Assembly: GCA_013286945.1 (NCBI GenBank)
Contig: JABDET010000001.1
Coordinates: 4,590-68,589, forward strand
Source: Candidatus Melainabacteria bacterium
Lineage (GTDB): Bacteria; Vulcanimicrobiota; JABDET01
DNA: 64,000 nt
Reading direction: 5' to 3'
Shown one piece after another: positions 54,156 through 63,837 of the stretch. Positions within the stretch are counted from its first letter, which is position 1, and each line of letters starts with the position of its first letter. Position numbers and translations under genes: made by a program. The notes under the pieces are model-generated. The model searched no databases. It worked only from the letters and a program-made list of their open reading frames with translations, and had not been told where the DNA came from.

Positions 54156-54563
54156 TTAAATTCCTGTGAGTAGGCCTTGAGTTGCAAACCGTCTAAGACT
54201 CTCAAGCCCCTGATCATTGAGCCCGGCTACACCTGGGACCGAAGTTCTGTTTCCGGTCGAGGCTGGAGTTGTATCAGAAGAAAGATCTGTAATAAATTTT
54301 GGATTTCCTGCTTGCGGTGTTCTCGCGGCGCGAGTGGTTGGGCTTTCTCTCCGAGCCTTTTGAGCACCTGCTTGACCGGCTCCCAGGTTTTCATGTGCGG
54401 GCCTCAGGGTAAGTTCCGCTGTGTCCTGGGTGAAAGCATACATAAATTCATCTCGCGCAATCCCGTGTTGTTCTAAGGTTTTATCTAATTTTGACGCGGG
54501 GAGTTGACCGGTTCTGAACTGCTGCACTAATCTTTGAATGTCATTAATCCTACCTGCATCCAT
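54156..54563 (-). CDS. Hypothetical protein
   Basis: 135-aa ORF with a clean terminator immediately downstream. The helical N-terminus and Ala/Thr/Pro-rich C-terminus have no recognisable domain. Confidence 0.45.
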   Translation of the reverse strand: MDAGRINDIQRLVQQFRTGQLPASKLDKTLEQHGIARDEFMYAFTQDTAELTLRPAHENLGAGQAGAQKARRESPTTRAARTPQAGNPKFITDLSSDTTPASTGNRTSVPGVAGLNDQGLESLRRFATQGLLTGI

Positions 54564-54732
54564 GGTGCGCCTCCCTCAATAAACTACGTGTTTTGAGAGT
54601 ATTATACCACGAATTCTTCCACTTTGAAGCATTATTCGCTTTTCGAGATGTTAACAAGTTGTTAATTTTCTGCCAAGTTCTTGTTACTTCGTACAAGGAA
54701 CAGCTTTTGGATTAACCGAACGGATCACCACC

Positions 54733-57159
54733 ATGAACTTCAAAGAAATCGAACCCAAATGGCAAAAATTCTGGGAAAACAAGGGGCTTTTCAAGGCACC
54801 TTCTGAACCAATTCCAGACAAAAAATATTACAATCTGGTCATGTTTGCATACCCATCGGGGGACATTCACATCGGTCACTTCCGAAACTACACCATTGGG
54901 GACGCCTTAGCTCGATACAAGAAGATGCGAGGGTTTGACGTTCTCCATCCCTTTGGTTGGGATGCCTTTGGGCTTCCTGCCGAAGAAGCGGCAATCAAGC
55001 ACGGGATCCATCCGAGGGAATGGACCCTCAACAACATTGAGGTCTCCCGTGTTACACTGAAACGACTTGGTATCGGCTACGATTGGGATCGGGAAGTGAT
55101 TACCTGTTTGCCCGATTACTATCGATGGAACCAATGGATTTTCCTTAAGATGTTTGAAAAAGGTCTAGCCTATCAGGCAGAAAGCCTGGTTAACTGGTGT
55201 CCTCATTGCAAGACGGTCTTAGCCAATGAGCAAGTTGAAGATGGCGCTTGCTGGCGGTGTCATCAAGAAGTCACCCGAAAGAATCTGGTGCAATGGTTTT
55301 TCAAGATTACCGAGTACGCCGACCGTCTCCTCCAGGATCTTGATCGCTTGGAAGGTTGGCCAGAACGGGTGAAAGCCATGCAACGGAATTGGATTGGACG
55401 AAGTGAGGGAGCGCGCGTGATCTTCAAGCTTGACCCTGAGAGAACCGAGCTTCCCGTTTACACCACAAGACCTGACACGTTGTTCGGAGTCACGTTCATC
55501 TCGATTGCCCCTGAGCATCCCCTGAGCAAAACGCTTTCGAAAGGGTTGCCTGAGGAAAAAATGGTGAATGACTTTATCGAATCGACCTTGCGTCGCACCG
55601 AACGAGATCGTACGGCTCAAGGAGAAAAAAATGGTGTTTTTACGGGTCGCTATGCTCTTCACCCGATGACAGGAGAAAAAATTCCGCTTTGGATTGGGGA
55701 CTATGTTCTGGCCGGATACGGGACTGGAATTGTGATGGGGGTTCCCGCTCACGATCAACGTGATTTTATTTTTGCAAAAAAATATTCACTTCCGATCAAG
55801 GTGGTGGTTGAACCCCACTCACAAGAGTTGAATGCGCTCGAACTTAAAGAAGCGTATGAAGCTTATGGCACCATGGTTAATTCAGGTCCGTTCACCGGAT
55901 TCTTCAGTTTTGATGGAATCAAGGCGATCACCGAAATGCTTAAAGAAAAGGGTCTTGGAGACTTCGAGGTTCGGTTTAAGATTCGAGATTGGCTTATTTC
56001 CAGGCAACGCTACTGGGGAACCCCTATTCCAATGATTCACTGCGAAAAATGTGGTGTGGTTCCTGTTCCCTATGAGGATCTCCCGGTGAAGCTTCCTGAA
56101 GGAAAGATTGACTTTATTCCCAAGGGCCGATCTCCCCTTGAGGATGTGCCCACGTTCATCGAAGTCACCTGTCCAAAATGCAAACAAAAGGCAAAACGTG
56201 ATCCCGACACAATGGACACCTTTGTTGATTCATCGTGGTATTTCTTGCGGTATCTGGACCCGAAAAACGAGAAACTTCCTTTCGACCCGAAGAAAGCCAA
56301 TGCGTGGATGCCCGTGGATCAATACACCGGGGGAATAGAGCATGCCACACTCCATCTCTTGTATTTCCGCTTTTTCACCAAAGTGTTGCATGACTTGGGG
56401 TATGTTCGAATTGATGAACCTGTTGTGCGTCTTTTTAATCACGGAATGGTTTCAGACAGCCAAGGGGAGAAGATGAGCAAGTCCAAGGGGAACACCGTTA
56501 GCCCTTCGGACTTGATTGCTCAAGTGGGAGCCGATGTTACCCGGATCGCTGTTTTCTTTGCGGCTCCTGCGGAAAAGGAAATCTTGTGGAGTGAAGACGG
56601 GATTGGCGGAGCGGAGCGGTTCTTGAATCGTGTGTGGCGATTTTTCGAAAGCGCCCTCGAGCAAAATGAAGGAGAAGAACGTCCCGAAAAAGTTTGGCGA
56701 AAACTTCATCAGACCATCAAGCGAGTTACTGAAGACATGGAGCGTTTTTCTTTCCATACCGCGATAGCGGCGCTTATGGAACTCTTGAACGTTTTGGAGG
56801 AAGAAAAATCGAAAGGGAAGTTTGCAAGAAGTGTGATGGCCATCTATGCTCAACTCATTTCGCCATTTACCCCCCACATCGCTGAAGAGATGTGGGAGAA
56901 GCTTGGAAACAAGTCAAGTGTCTTTCAATCGGAATGGCCAAGCTACGATCCGAAAGCCTTGGAAGAAAGTGAAATCGAAATCGTGATTCAGGTCAATGGG
57001 AAAGTTCGTGATCACCTTACCGTTGCCAAGGGAGCCAAAGAAGAAGAAATTAAGCTGAAAGCCTTGGATTCGCCTAAGGTGAAAAACCTGATCGGCGATA
57101 AGGAATTGAAAAAGATTATTGTGGTTCCAGAGAAGTTGGTTAACCTCGTGGTGCAGTAA
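54733..57159 (+). CDS. leuS: Leucine--tRNA ligase
   Basis: HIGH motif (HIGHFRNYTIGD). KMSKS motif (KMSKSKGN). CP1 editing domain. C-terminal anticodon-binding region. 808 aa. Confidence 0.97.
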   Translation: MNFKEIEPKWQKFWENKGLFKAPSEPIPDKKYYNLVMFAYPSGDIHIGHFRNYTIGDALARYKKMRGFDVLHPFGWDAFGLPAEEAAIKHGIHPREWTLNNIEVSRVTLKRLGIGYDWDREVITCLPDYYRWNQWIFLKMFEKGLAYQAESLVNWCPHCKTVLANEQVEDGACWRCHQEVTRKNLVQWFFKITEYADRLLQDLDRLEGWPERVKAMQRNWIGRSEGARVIFKLDPERTELPVYTTRPDTLFGVTFISIAPEHPLSKTLSKGLPEEKMVNDFIESTLRRTERDRTAQGEKNGVFTGRYALHPMTGEKIPLWIGDYVLAGYGTGIVMGVPAHDQRDFIFAKKYSLPIKVVVEPHSQELNALELKEAYEAYGTMVNSGPFTGFFSFDGIKAITEMLKEKGLGDFEVRFKIRDWLISRQRYWGTPIPMIHCEKCGVVPVPYEDLPVKLPEGKIDFIPKGRSPLEDVPTFIEVTCPKCKQKAKRDPDTMDTFVDSSWYFLRYLDPKNEKLPFDPKKANAWMPVDQYTGGIEHATLHLLYFRFFTKVLHDLGYVRIDEPVVRLFNHGMVSDSQGEKMSKSKGNTVSPSDLIAQVGADVTRIAVFFAAPAEKEILWSEDGIGGAERFLNRVWRFFESALEQNEGEERPEKVWRKLHQTIKRVTEDMERFSFHTAIAALMELLNVLEEEKSKGKFARSVMAIYAQLISPFTPHIAEEMWEKLGNKSSVFQSEWPSYDPKALEESEIEIVIQVNGKVRDHLTVAKGAKEEEIKLKALDSPKVKNLIGDKELKKIIVVPEKLVNLVVQ

Positions 57160-57507
57160 GTGTTGGAGCTTATCCTAAACCATGACGGAATCGATGATGA
57201 GCCGTTGCAGCGAATCCAAAGAGTTCTCTTTAAGCAAGTCCTTCTTCAGCTCGACGGAATTGAACCTCGAGAACTTGATCGGTACTATTACACCAACGGG
57301 AGCCAAGGCGTGGCCATTGAGATCGATACGGATGAAGGCGATGCGTTTGGAAGCATTTACATCACCGTGTCGAACGAGAACCCCCCTGAAGCAGAATCGT
57401 ATGCTTTCGCTTTGGCTCATGTTTTTGCCCGAGAGCTTGGGCTTAAAGTGATTAATCCCTTGGAAGGGAAAGTTTACGACATCAATTCGCTTCCAACTCG
57501 TTTCTAG
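57160..57507 (+). CDS. Hypothetical acidic protein, translationally coupled to leuS
   Basis: GTG start immediately after the leuS TAA, with 0 nt spacing. 115 aa, acidic. No recognised domain. Confidence 0.45.
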   Translation: MLELILNHDGIDDEPLQRIQRVLFKQVLLQLDGIEPRELDRYYYTNGSQGVAIEIDTDEGDAFGSIYITVSNENPPEAESYAFALAHVFARELGLKVINPLEGKVYDINSLPTRF

Positions 57508-57563
57508 GCTACCCAGCGACTATTCACCTCCTGTGGAGTGCGATGTCAGTGCTGGGCCTTTTA

Positions 57564-57611
57564 TAAGGAATCCAGCAGTTTATCGCATCCTGCGACTGCT
57601 GGATGAATTCA
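57564..57611. repeat. REP-like palindromic element, copy B (inverted relative to copy A)
   Basis: Hairpin: ATCCAGCAGT (57570-57579), loop TTATCGCATCCTGCG, then ACTGCTGGAT (57595-57604). Its reverse complement aligns base-for-base with copy A. The G to A stem change is compensated by C to T. It is followed by GAATTCATCCTGAATTC. It sits between convergent genes and may double as a terminator. Confidence 0.5.
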
Positions 57612-57619
57612 TCCTGAAT

Positions 57620-58420
57620 TCAAACACGAAAGCGCAAATTAATGTACCATTCAAGAAGTGAGTTTCCCCACAAGAAAGCAATAAAAGCTGCAATGGCCAT
57701 GGCTGGTCCAAAGGGGATGTAGTCTTTTCGCCCTTTGAGACCAAGAACAATCAAAAAGAGAGCAAGAAAAACTCCAATGGGAAAGCAGAGAAAAATTGTG
57801 ATGGCCAATCCATTGATTCCTAAGAAGGCTCCAAGCATTAAGGCAAACTTTACATCACCAAGTCCCATCGCTTCTTTTAAGAAGACAAATTCACCAACAA
57901 CCGTGATGGCATAAAAAAAGGAAGCCCCAAGAATGGCTGCAACGCAAGCAGCTAAGAGGTGATGAGAAAGCGCGGCACAGAGAAGACCAACCCCTGTTCC
58001 AAGATAAATGGTTTCATCAGGAATGATTTCATAATCCCAATCAATCATCGTGATCACAAGAAGCAACGAAACCAGGATTAGATGGCAAGCGAACGGGATA
58101 ACTGCTTTGGTGAGGGTTTCAGGGAAGGCGAGCTGGGGGGCAAAAAGTGGACCGTCGAAGTGCCAAAGCAAAACCACCATGAATCCTGTGGCCAATTCGA
58201 CGAGAGGGTAGCGAATCGAGATCTTGCTCCAGCATGACGCGCATTTCCCCGAGAGAAAAAGGTAGCTCAGAATCGGGATGTTTTGCCACCAACGGATCGG
58301 TTCTTTGCAAACCGGACAAGCGGAGGAAGGAAAAACAATGGAACTTCCTCGAGGCAAACGAAAGATGCAAACGTTTAAGAAGCTTCCCCAAAAGACCCCG
58401 TACACGAACGCAATGATCAT
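57620..58420 (-). CDS. pilD: Prepilin peptidase (A24 family, PilD-like)
   Basis: N-terminal Cys tetrad (CxxC…CxxC: FRLPRG…CPVC…CASC). Eight-TM peptidase A24 core with conserved Asp residues. 266 aa. Confidence 0.9.
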   Translation of the reverse strand: MIIAFVYGVFWGSFLNVCIFRLPRGSSIVFPSSACPVCKEPIRWWQNIPILSYLFLSGKCASCWSKISIRYPLVELATGFMVVLLWHFDGPLFAPQLAFPETLTKAVIPFACHLILVSLLLVITMIDWDYEIIPDETIYLGTGVGLLCAALSHHLLAACVAAILGASFFYAITVVGEFVFLKEAMGLGDVKFALMLGAFLGINGLAITIFLCFPIGVFLALFLIVLGLKGRKDYIPFGPAMAIAAFIAFLWGNSLLEWYINLRFRV

Positions 58421-58425
58421 TTGGA

Positions 58426-59562
58426 CTACGAATAAAATTCCTTGATTTTCTCTCCGACATACTTCACTTGCGCTTCTGAAAGATCAGGATACATCGGGAT
58501 GCTCAGGACTTCACGAGAAAGTTTTTCGCACACGGGATACGAAGCCGGTTTCCCATTGTGGAATGGCGTTTGCTTATGAATTGGGACGATGTAATGAATC
58601 CCCGTGGAAACACCATGGCTTTCCAGATGTGTAGCCAATCGGTCCCGAGCTAATGCGCGAATAACAAACAGATGGTAGACTTCTTTACACTCGGCAAATG
58701 ATTTTGGCAACGTCAATTCTTTAATCCCACCAAGCACGGTTCGATAGCGTGTTGCCACCGCTCTTCGTTTCTCGTTCCATTCATCCAAGTAAGGAAGCTT
58801 GGTGGAAAGAATGGTGGCTTGAAATGCATCCAAGCGACTGTTGTAGCCTAACAATTCAGAATGATACTTGCTGGCTTGCCCATGGTCACTCAGCATTCTC
58901 ACTTTTTCAGCCAGTTTCGAGTCATGAGTAATGACCGCCCCGCCGTCACCATAAGCCCCCAAGTTTTTCGAAGGATAAAAGCTAAATGCCGCTGCTGCCC
59001 CGAGCGTACCAACTTTCTTCCCTTTATAGATTGCACCATGGGCCTGACAAGCATCTTCGACCACCCAAAGGTGGTGTCGCTCGGCAATCTCAAGAATCGG
59101 ATCCATATCCGCCGGTGTGCCGTAAAGGTGAACAGGCACAATACCCACTGTTTTTTTGGTGATGGCTTTTTCAAGGTGAGCTGGATCCAGGGTAAATCGA
59201 TCGGGATCGATATCGACAAATTTCACGGTAGCGCCAGCGTTTCGGATCGCTTCTGCCGTCGCGATAAAGGTGAAAGGTACCGTGATAATTTCATCTCCTG
59301 GCTTCACATTGAGCGCCCGAAAGGTGAGAACGAGCGCATCGGTTCCACTGTTGACGGCCACACAAGATGAAACATCATGATATTGAGCAAAAGCCTCTTC
59401 GAACGCTTGAACTTTGGGACCTCGAACAAAGCTACTGGTCTCCATGACCTCCAGAAGTCCTTGCACGATTCTTTCTTTCAAGAAGTGGTATTGAGTTCGA
59501 AGATCGATAAGAGGGATTTTTTCTTGTGCTTTCTTAGCCATTTCCATGATTGAGCTCCTCAT
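58426..59562 (-). CDS. DegT/DnrJ/EryC1/StrS-family PLP-dependent sugar aminotransferase
   Basis: Fold-type I aminotransferase of the nucleotide-sugar family (…FSFYPSKNLGAYGDGGAV…). 378 aa. Confidence 0.9.
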   Translation of the reverse strand: MRSSIMEMAKKAQEKIPLIDLRTQYHFLKERIVQGLLEVMETSSFVRGPKVQAFEEAFAQYHDVSSCVAVNSGTDALVLTFRALNVKPGDEIITVPFTFIATAEAIRNAGATVKFVDIDPDRFTLDPAHLEKAITKKTVGIVPVHLYGTPADMDPILEIAERHHLWVVEDACQAHGAIYKGKKVGTLGAAAAFSFYPSKNLGAYGDGGAVITHDSKLAEKVRMLSDHGQASKYHSELLGYNSRLDAFQATILSTKLPYLDEWNEKRRAVATRYRTVLGGIKELTLPKSFAECKEVYHLFVIRALARDRLATHLESHGVSTGIHYIVPIHKQTPFHNGKPASYPVCEKLSREVLSIPMYPDLSEAQVKYVGEKIKEFYS

Positions 59563-59567
59563 TTTTT

Positions 59568-60770
59568 CTAGCGCAGTTTCTCGAAAATCTCAACATACTT
59601 TAGTGCTAAGTTCTTTCTCCGAAAGTGTAACGTAACATAGTCTTTACCCCGCTTTCCCATCGCTTTCGATTCCGAAGGGTTCTCAAGGAAGTAGGAAAGC
59701 CATTTTTGCGCTGCTGCGATATCCTCAGAATCGGTCCGAACGCCTCCCTTTGCTTTTTCCAAAATCTTCCATGCATCTCCTTCTTCGGCTACCAAGAGTA
59801 CGGGAACTCCGGAAGCCATGTAGTCAAAAAGCTTATTCGAAATCACGTGTCGAAAGGCAGGGCCTTTCGACCAGGTAGCAAGGCAAACATCGGCATAATG
59901 AAGTAACGAGGGGATTTGTTCCCGAGGAACAGAGCCCAAAAATAGAACATTGTTCAAGCTTTTTTTCAGTACGTGAGTCTCCAATTTCTTTTTCTCACGA
60001 CCGTCGCCAGCAATAACAAAGAAAATACGAGCATCGTTCCGACACGCTTCCGCGAGATCAATCAATGTTGATAGCTTGTTCGCTTCACCAAGTGCTCCCA
60101 CGTACATCACGATGAATTTATTTTCAGCCAATTCAGGGAAGATGTGATTTGGAGGGGAGAAAAACATTTCATCAACTCCATTGGGGATGGTGGTGATCTT
60201 CTTTGCGGAGACGCCAAGCTTCTTCAGCGTCTCTTCAAGTCCCCACGTGAGTGTGACGACATAGGACCCCTTTTGATAAAGTGAAAAAGAGATTCGCTCA
60301 AGAAGCGAGTGAAGAAATCCCCGAGCAATAAGACCACTGTCTGCCCCTACATTGGGCCAAAGATCGCGCAATTCGAGAATCCAAGGGACTTTTCTGAAAA
60401 CACTGAGAAGCCAACCAAGTATCCCCACCGTCGGCGGAGGCGAAGTGGCTAGAATGACGTCAGGTTTTTCTGCGAGCACAAAGGGAAGGGCCAGAATAAA
60501 AAAGGAAAGGTAATTGAGGAGGCGGCCAAGGAGGCCGAACTGCAAAGTTGGAAGTGCATAAACCCAGCGCGTGGTGATTCCTCCATCGGTCTCGGTGTCG
60601 AGTGGGCGCCAAAAAGGAAGCTTCGAGCGATTGGTCATGTAGTTGACTGATCCAGCGATGACGCGCACTTCATGTCCGTGTTCTCTAAAGAAACGGAGGA
60701 GCTCGATGTGGCGGCTCCCTCCGGGCTCGTCATGGCGGATGAAGAACTGGTGAATCAGGAGGATTTTCAT
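59568..60770 (-). CDS. Glycosyltransferase family 4
   Basis: GT-B fold. The C-terminal GT4 motif region is present (…GDGREKKKLE…, …EGDAWKILEKAKGG…). Overlaps the ligase-like gene by 4 nt. Confidence 0.85.
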   Translation of the reverse strand: MKILLIHQFFIRHDEPGGSRHIELLRFFREHGHEVRVIAGSVNYMTNRSKLPFWRPLDTETDGGITTRWVYALPTLQFGLLGRLLNYLSFFILALPFVLAEKPDVILATSPPPTVGILGWLLSVFRKVPWILELRDLWPNVGADSGLIARGFLHSLLERISFSLYQKGSYVVTLTWGLEETLKKLGVSAKKITTIPNGVDEMFFSPPNHIFPELAENKFIVMYVGALGEANKLSTLIDLAEACRNDARIFFVIAGDGREKKKLETHVLKKSLNNVLFLGSVPREQIPSLLHYADVCLATWSKGPAFRHVISNKLFDYMASGVPVLLVAEEGDAWKILEKAKGGVRTDSEDIAAAQKWLSYFLENPSESKAMGKRGKDYVTLHFRRKNLALKYVEIFEKLR

Positions 60771-62638
60771 TTTTTGTTTAGCATCGCGCGAAGATTTTGA
60801 AGGCCCGCATCACTTGGAAATCGCTTAAGCTCCCGGTTAAGAAAGAGAGAAGCTTCCTGCTTTTTTCCAGTCTCATAAAGCGAAAGCACAAGATCATAGC
60901 TGTTGGATGCGGTATTCGGATTGAGCTGATACGCTTCTCTTGCGTACAATAAAGCCAGAGGAGATGCGCCGAAGCTTAGGGCAGAGATGCAAGCGTCGTG
61001 ATGGAGGATTGGGTCATAAGGATCCAATTGAGTAGCCCTTGCGTAGGCTGTAAGCGCCCGTTCTCTCCAATGAAAAGTCCCCGCCATTCTCCCGATATCG
61101 GCCCAGAGATAGGGATTCTTGTCATTGATGGATACGACCTGATTATAGTTCAGCAAAGCCTTGCGGGGATTTCGCAAAATTTCATAGAGTTTTCCAAGTT
61201 GTTGGTAGTACAAGGGGTCGAAAGGAAACCATTGGCTTGCGCGTTCGTAGTCCGCGGCGGCCGGAGCCCAGTGTTCGCTGTGCATTTCTTGGCTTCCTTT
61301 TTCCGCGAACCAGTCTCCAACCACCATTCGAACTCCGTAGGTGATCCCTGCGAACGCGAGAAAACTGGCAGCCACCAAGAAAAAAACGGCCCAAAATGGG
61401 GATATGTTTAGTTCGACACGTTTCTTCGGGAAGAGAAAGACCGTTGCCCCCAAGAGATAGGCGCAAAGGCTTTCGGTGGCGATATCAGGGTAAATGAATT
61501 GGAGCGATATGAAAGCCACGAGGATCGGAAAAAACAAGACAAAAGAAAGATTTTCCTCTTCGAAAGTATCACCCTTAATGATCTCATGAAACAGTTCTCG
61601 GAGGGGCAATAACCAGAGAAGCAAAAATGCTATCCCGCCGAAGACTCCTGTTTCCACAAAGAGGTCAAGAAAACTGTTGTGCGTACTCTCGGCTATGGCC
61701 ATGCGAGTTCTGTAGAAAGGGGGATCATCATATCGTAAGAGGAGGTAACTGAAAGAAAAATTGCCAGGCCCAACTCCGGTCCAGGGTCGTAACGAAAAGA
61801 GTTCGAAGCCTTTCTTAAAGAGATACTTTCTTCCAATCACATCTCGATCTTTATTCCATCCGGCTGGATTCATCCGTCGGCCATCCTGTGTTGCAAACGA
61901 GAATGCATAGAGAACAAGAAATGTGATCACCATGGAAAAAAGCAAGATTCCGTATCGGGGAATAAAACGGCGGTAGGGTTTGCTCGAGGTCATCAAGACG
62001 AACGCCGCGATGCTGGCGATACAGAGCGCAAGAATGGGGGAACGCGTGTAACTCCAATATAAGCTAACCAATTCGAACAGAATCAAGGACAATCGACTGG
62101 CTTTCGGCTGGAAGATAAACCGTGCGCAGGATAGCGCGACGAGGATGGCTATGAACGTGGCGAAAGCATCAGCATTTTCTAAAGTTGAAAAGATTCGAGT
62201 CCCTCCAGGATACCATTGGAAGGGGTCCAATTTGAAATGCTGGATAATTCCGTAGAACGCTAAGGGAACGCCTGAAGCCTCCAAGAGCGTAAGAGATAGG
62301 GAGATCTCTCTTAGGGAAGCTTTGGAGAGCCAAACCAACAGCAAGAACGCAAACCAGAGGAGATACTCGAACGTTTTGGTTTGCGACAAGAGTGGAACGT
62401 TGGATTGCCAGGCTGATACTAAAATACACAAGATAAGGAAAAAGGAGAGGAACGGAATCTTTCCGGGGGCGAACTCTATTTTTCGTCTTTTGAGGATTCC
62501 AAGCGTAAACGAAAGTCCCCCAAGAACGCTTAGACCCAAAAGGAAGAAAAACTTGATCGTCCAAAAGCTGTGGCTAAGTTTTGCACAAAAGACCAGCTCG
62601 ACCAAGATGACGGTTGTAGCCCAATAGAGCAGACTCAT
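60767..62638 (-). CDS. Wzy_C/O-antigen-ligase-family polytopic membrane protein with C-terminal TPR domain
   Basis: About 10 TM helices with a large periplasmic loop typical of Wzy_C family proteins (WaaL, PglL, PilO/TfpO). The C-terminal 180 aa are TPR-like. It lies immediately downstream of two pilin genes. Confidence 0.8.
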   Translation of the reverse strand: MSLLYWATTVILVELVFCAKLSHSFWTIKFFFLLGLSVLGGLSFTLGILKRRKIEFAPGKIPFLSFFLILCILVSAWQSNVPLLSQTKTFEYLLWFAFLLLVWLSKASLREISLSLTLLEASGVPLAFYGIIQHFKLDPFQWYPGGTRIFSTLENADAFATFIAILVALSCARFIFQPKASRLSLILFELVSLYWSYTRSPILALCIASIAAFVLMTSSKPYRRFIPRYGILLFSMVITFLVLYAFSFATQDGRRMNPAGWNKDRDVIGRKYLFKKGFELFSLRPWTGVGPGNFSFSYLLLRYDDPPFYRTRMAIAESTHNSFLDLFVETGVFGGIAFLLLWLLPLRELFHEIIKGDTFEEENLSFVLFFPILVAFISLQFIYPDIATESLCAYLLGATVFLFPKKRVELNISPFWAVFFLVAASFLAFAGITYGVRMVVGDWFAEKGSQEMHSEHWAPAAADYERASQWFPFDPLYYQQLGKLYEILRNPRKALLNYNQVVSINDKNPYLWADIGRMAGTFHWRERALTAYARATQLDPYDPILHHDACISALSFGASPLALLYAREAYQLNPNTASNSYDLVLSLYETGKKQEASLFLNRELKRFPSDAGLQNLRAMLNKK

Positions 62639-62726
62639 CGTGACCTCAAAGGAAAATGACTAGGACTCTGTTTTGCAAAATCCTAGTCATTTGAAGTTCT
62701 TTAGTGCGAGAATTCAATCCCTCGTA

Positions 62727-63182
62727 CTACGGCAACAATCCACCTCTCGCATAATATTGCGGGTAGGTAGTGTTAGCACCAATAATCACCCCGTGAGCAG
62801 CTGTAGCACCTGCTGCTCCCTGAAGGATCGTATAATTGTTGATCGGTAAAGCCGCCGCGTTATACGAATAGAAAGCTTGGTTTGCTGGACATACCGCCGG
62901 AGCTCGCATGTACTGGATTCCGAGGTTAGCGGTCAGCCAAGCTGCGTTCATAGCGGTTGTCGCACCAGCAGGGCCAGGATAATTCCCCTGGTTATCGGTG
63001 GAATACATTTCCAATGAGGTGGCCATATTCTTCTCATTGGATTCACAAGCTGATAGCTGGCTTTGTGCACGAGCTCTGATGAAGTTTGGAATAAGAATGG
63101 CTGCAAGGATCGCGATAATAGCGATCACAATCATGAGCTCGATCAACGTGAAACCACTGGTCTTCTTGAAGAATCTTTTCAT
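62727..63182 (-). CDS. Type IV pilin-like protein (prepilin-type N-terminal cleavage/methylation domain)
   Basis: Class III signal: KKTSG|FTLIELMIVIAIIAILAAILIPNF, with Glu5. 151 aa, Ala/Gly/Thr-rich C-terminus. Confidence 0.85.
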   Translation of the reverse strand: MKRFFKKTSGFTLIELMIVIAIIAILAAILIPNFIRARAQSQLSACESNEKNMATSLEMYSTDNQGNYPGPAGATTAMNAAWLTANLGIQYMRAPAVCPANQAFYSYNAAALPINNYTILQGAAGATAAHGVIIGANTTYPQYYARGGLLP

Positions 63183-63399
63183 GTTTTCACCCCCTTCCTC
63201 CTAAAAGTAATGCTTCTCCTATTCTGTTATACCCAAACGGTTACCTCTTAGACGGCAAGGGGCGAAGTGGCCTGCGCTATGAGAAATCTTTGCCGAATTT
63301 GTAAACCAACGGAAAAAAACGAGTTCTTAGGAGTTGCTTTTTGAGTTTCTGTTATTGGAAAGAGGCTGTTAAGTCACGCAGTTCTGCAAGAGGCTATGC

Positions 63400-63837
63400 C
63401 TAAGGAGTAAGACCTCCAGTGGAAAGGTATTGAGGAAAGTTCGCAGGAATGCCAAGCAAAACATGGGCTTGCTGATTTACCGGGCCTTGGCTTAGAGTAA
63501 ACATTGTATTGGAAGAGCCTTCAGCATAAACATAAGGGGCGAAGTTTGTCGGGCAGGTCGGATTTGCGCGGACATAGTCACCCCAGGTGGTCGCCGTGGG
63601 ATCTGGCAACGCGGATCCGTTTGCGTTTGGATAGGCTCCTAAATTCGAAGAAGAATACATCTCCAAGCCAGCAGCCAAATTCTTTTCGTTTAATTCGCAA
63701 GCTGACAATTGACTCTGTGCCCGAGAACGGATGAAATTAGGGATCAAGATAGCGGCAAGGATCGCGATAATGGCGATGACAATCATGAGCTCGATCAGGG
63801 TAAACCCGTCCCTTCTCAGGGGTTCAGTTCTCAGCAT
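63400..63837 (-). CDS. Type IV pilin-like protein, paralog
   Basis: RRDG|FTLIELMIVIAIIAILAAILIPNF. The N-terminal 40 codons are nearly identical at DNA level to the 62727..63182 gene. Start assigned to the Met 8 residues upstream of the cleavage motif region. Confidence 0.85.
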   Translation of the reverse strand: MLRTEPLRRDGFTLIELMIVIAIIAILAAILIPNFIRSRAQSQLSACELNEKNLAAGLEMYSSSNLGAYPNANGSALPDPTATTWGDYVRANPTCPTNFAPYVYAEGSSNTMFTLSQGPVNQQAHVLLGIPANFPQYLSTGGLTP

